This document shows positions 37,074 to 37,381 of a stretch of 37,381 nucleotides of DNA, in pieces. Each line of letters begins with the position of its first letter. Within the stretch, counting starts at the first letter, position 1. Below the pieces are notes generated by a model, which had not been told where the DNA came from, ran no database searches, and saw only the letters and a list, made by a program, of their open reading frames with translations. Origin of the DNA: a virus (Duplodnaviria > Caudoviricetes); the IMG/VR virus record IMGVR_UViG_3300048599_000083, positions 1 to 37,381 of that record. The stretch is one strand, 5' to 3'. A program made the position numbers and the translations under genes.

Positions 37074-37172
37074 TTGGTAAGGGTTGGTAAGACCCGCAAA
37101 TTCGGATTCTTCGGTGCCGCCAGGCGTATTACCACGCTCTACTGGAGGTGTCTTGGTAAGTTTTTTGGTAAG
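37074..37172 (+). repeat. Four direct repeats TTGGTAAG in two pairs; probable integrase arm-type sites
   Basis: Copies at 37074, 37084, 37153 and 37165, 70-170 bp inside the att core. Confidence 0.75.
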
Positions 37173-37242
37173 TCGGCAGGAGCCGATTTTTTAACTCATT
37201 GCGGTTTCAATACTTACGGACCAACAAAACCACACGATGAAT

Positions 37243-37286
37243 GATTGCAAATCCGTTATCCCCCGGTTCGAATCCGGGCGGCGCCT
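37243..37286 (+). other. Attachment site (right junction): displaced 3' half of host tRNA-Cys
   Basis: GATTGCAAATCCGTTATCCCCCGGTTCGAATCCGGGCGGCGCCT spans the anticodon loop to the discriminator; no D-arm or 5' acceptor strand upstream. Confidence 0.88.
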
Positions 37287-37309
37287 CTCTGTGATCCCTG
37301 CGAACTTCG

Positions 37310-37355
37310 GACCCGGGACGACTCAAGGCGTCCCGGGTCGATTTGTGTTTCTTTC
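37310..37355 (+). terminator. Rho-independent terminator, probably of the original host tRNA gene
   Basis: GACCCGGGACG/CGTCCCGGGTC 11-bp stem followed by T-rich GATTTGTGTTTCTTT. Confidence 0.75.
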
Positions 37356-37381
37356 CTGGGCGTGGATGCGACGTCTGTCAG

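Larger units (their letters stand above)
803..37286. mobile_element. Temperate podovirus-like prophage (or phage-derived element) integrated in tRNA-Cys; left boundary and integrase lie outside the window
   Basis: Terminase, portal, adaptor, nozzle and ejection-type genes rightward; replication and recombination genes leftward; xis-like gene, arm-type repeats and a tRNA-Cys 3' fragment at the right end. The start coordinate marks only the end of the phage-like leftward operon. Confidence 0.9.

Noticed and set aside
37243-37286. Second functional tRNA-Cys on the plus strand
   Set aside because: The 5' acceptor strand and D-arm are missing, so it is an att remnant
37289-37299. CTGTGATCCCT half-match to the palindrome just outside the att core
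   Set aside because: Only a partial right arm with no left arm; plausible by chance

Overview
This window holds most of a GC-rich temperate, podovirus-like prophage integrated at a tRNA-Cys gene. The host may be a Planctomycete, which is only an inference from GC content and protein style. The right junction is visible: a displaced tRNA-Cys 3' half at 37243-37286 and a host-type terminator. Just inside it are arm-type repeats, a complete element-borne tRNA-Cys on the opposite strand and an excisionase-like gene. The leftward arm (825-9904) encodes a Rad52/Sak annealase, Prim-Pol, a ParB-like protein, an SF2 helicase, HTH proteins, MazG-like and RusA-like proteins and a sigma70-like factor. 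It is followed by the start of a type IIG restriction-modification-like gene that runs off the left edge. The rightward arm (10809-36311) encodes an antirepressor, terminases, portal, adaptor, an Acb2/Tad1-like protein, fibre and nozzle genes and putative ejection proteins. Main oddities: (1) five dispersed copies of a 29-bp palindrome (GAAATARNGRTCAC-W-GTGAYCNYTATTYY), one inside the ParB-like gene, with no ParA or cI visible, which suggests a parS-like clamp-loading or operator network; (2) no recognisable major capsid or scaffold gene despite otherwise intact packaging and tail genes; (3) a ~80-aa N-terminal domain shared by the large ejection protein and an HExxH protease, a possible virion-loading tag; (4) an apparently split tail-nozzle gene. 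All product calls come from motif recognition by eye; no database searches were run.
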